From: Azolla caroliniana
Taxonomy: Eukaryota > Plantae > Polypodiophyta
Direction of reading: 5' to 3'
Assembly (NCBI GenBank): GCA_043228905.1
Contig: JBHGNT010000007.1
Span: 18,476,001 to 18,540,000, forward strand
DNA length: 64,000 bases
Shown: piece by piece, positions 62,177 to 64,000 of the stretch
Layout: each line of letters starts with the position of its first letter
How positions within the stretch are numbered: the first letter of the stretch is position 1
Program-made: the position numbers and the translations under genes
Notes under the pieces: generated by a model
What the model saw: only the letters and a program-made list of their open reading frames with translations
Database searches by the model: none
What the model was told of the DNA's origin: nothing

Positions 62177-63799
62177 CTTATCTCCTCAGATTTTGATGGT
62201 ACCAAATTCCTCGGGAGCATGCTACATTTTGGGAAAGCAAATCTGTATGGTAAAAAAAATGAAAACTGGTGTTTCAGACACAATCAAAATCTGCTCCCCT
62301 TTTTCAGCTTGGAGCATGGCATGCCAAATTTGTCACAAGGGGGGGGGGGGGGGGGGGTGCTAGTTTCTCATTAGAAAGTGTGAATTCTTCGAGCCGAAGT
62401 AGAGGCTTTGTTTCAATTTCTATACTTCGAGTCTTGTACATACCACATTTGTGTATCGTATGGAGCAGATGTATAACCGTTCAAATTTAATCCAATCAAT
62501 GTATACCCACTTGCAAAACAATTGCTGGCTACATGTCTTATCTTTTTTTTTATTAGTGAATGGTTTTACTGCAGCAGTAAGCTATTTATTCGACAACTCT
62601 GCATGGAAATGTTCCACTTTGGTCCCATAGGTTATATATTCGACAGCCAAAGAAGATATAATAAAATCTATACGTTTTTCTATGTCATGTAAATGTCCAA
62701 AAGGAAAGAACAAAATAAGTCTCCAACAAAGTAGTTAAATGTGTGTGTATGTCATTGGAGATGTGTCAACGTGGCCAAAGATCAATACATCTTTAATGAA
62801 AGCACAAAAGAGGTTAAGGTCTTTAAAATAATATAAGAGAGGTTTTTTGGTGTTCATGCAAATGATGCTTATAGTTTTCTAAAACAAATTATAATCCATA
62901 AAATACTTCATTATAGTACATATTTATCATTTTCGTATGAGATCATGCATACATCTAGTTTGCTCCGACAAAACAACTTTACAACTCTAACATTTACACA
63001 TTTCTATGAACAGAGGGTATGTCTCCCTATTGAAGTCACATTTGAAGCTCAAATCATCATTTATTGTATTGTTGATGAAACAAGTAATAGTTCTTGTCAA
63101 TTACTCCTAATTAATTTGCTAACAATTACATCAAGCACTTAGACAAACTCCTAAGCTAGTTAGGATTGTGTTCAAACTTTCTACATATAATTTAACTTGG
63201 TTAACTAGTTAGAAATCTGAAGAGTAGATAAGTAAGTCTATAATTCAAATTTCACACCAATACAATAAGTAACTATGTACCTAAGATGAATTTTATTTTA
63301 TTTTTGCCAAAAAAAAATCCTACTTCCATTAGTTAAGAAAAAGTACATAGAATAATATACAACTCATATGTTACAAGCCACTTTGCAATGGCTACAAGAA
63401 AACATCATGTATAAATGAAGCAACAAAGCCTCGTCAAATAATTACTTGACAGACTCCCATCAACATGAGCCTCACACAACCCACATTTAATAACTTATGC
63501 AATCTTGTGAATGGAATGATCACAAGAGAGAGCAGTAGTCTAAATCTTGAAAATGAAGAAGTGAAAAAAACTCAAAATCGTGGTTTGTACTCTATCATAA
63601 AATCTTTATTTAAGCCAATACCTAGAACATAAACTTGGTTTAAAAAATAGGGGTAATTACTTGTATGTATGACGTGATTTCTTGTACAGACTTTAGACGT
63701 TTCTTAATACTAACGTAATATCTTTTCCAGAATAAATAAACCAATCTTAAATGACTTTTATACTTCTTTTAAAAAGCATGGCTCTTAACCTTCGACGTT

Positions 63800-64000
63800 C
63801 GCTCCTTTCAAACTTGAGTGCATATAATGTTCATCCCCCTTAGTTTGTAAGGAGTAGGTATTATTCTCCACCAATGTTGATTGAAAGGCGCAAGTGTGAT
63901 GTCCAACAATTGTTGAACAAATGCAAAGACTAAAAGCGCCATCGTTTACCTTGAAAAGGCAAATATTATAAAGCATTTGGGATAGTTCTACCTTGACTTA
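63800..64000 (-). mobile_element. Possible decayed Copia integrase fragment at the window edge
   Basis: ICLFKVNDGAFSL (cf. YLLKSKDEAFS) is followed, in a shifted frame, by LRLSINIGGE* (cf. LRSDNGGEY). Confidence 0.35.

Overview
This is eukaryotic nuclear DNA from a land plant. The AT-rich GT-AG introns, plant-type U6 promoter and PLS-class PPR style suggest a fern or other seed-free vascular plant (inference). Host genes, left to right: U6 snRNA (-), 9-exon NOP56 (+), 5-exon RPL24 (+) whose intron 2 carries a tandem array of snoR44-like box C/D snoRNAs, tRNA-Val(AAC) (-), a PLS-E+ PPR gene (-), multi-exon RPN2 (-), a PLS-E PPR gene (+) and a 5-exon gene for an uncharacterised Cys-rich, probably thylakoid-lumenal protein (+). 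Mobile DNA: a 1.9-kb Pack-MULE with a 9-bp TSD and a captured PB1-domain fragment, and two related, decayed Mutator-like elements in tandem (35.0-53.5 kb). One of these carries a Ulp1 protease gene, both are largely flanked by TA-rich repeats, and both hold nested Copia insertions. The least expected pattern is that three separate introns contain tandem-repeat arrays whose unit is in register with the host's own splice junction (NOP56 introns 2 and 8 at the donor, lumen-protein intron 1 at the acceptor). These arrays create strings of candidate decoy or alternative splice sites. Most short ORFs in the supplied track are spurious or are exon fragments. All coordinates were read by eye and may be off by a few bases.
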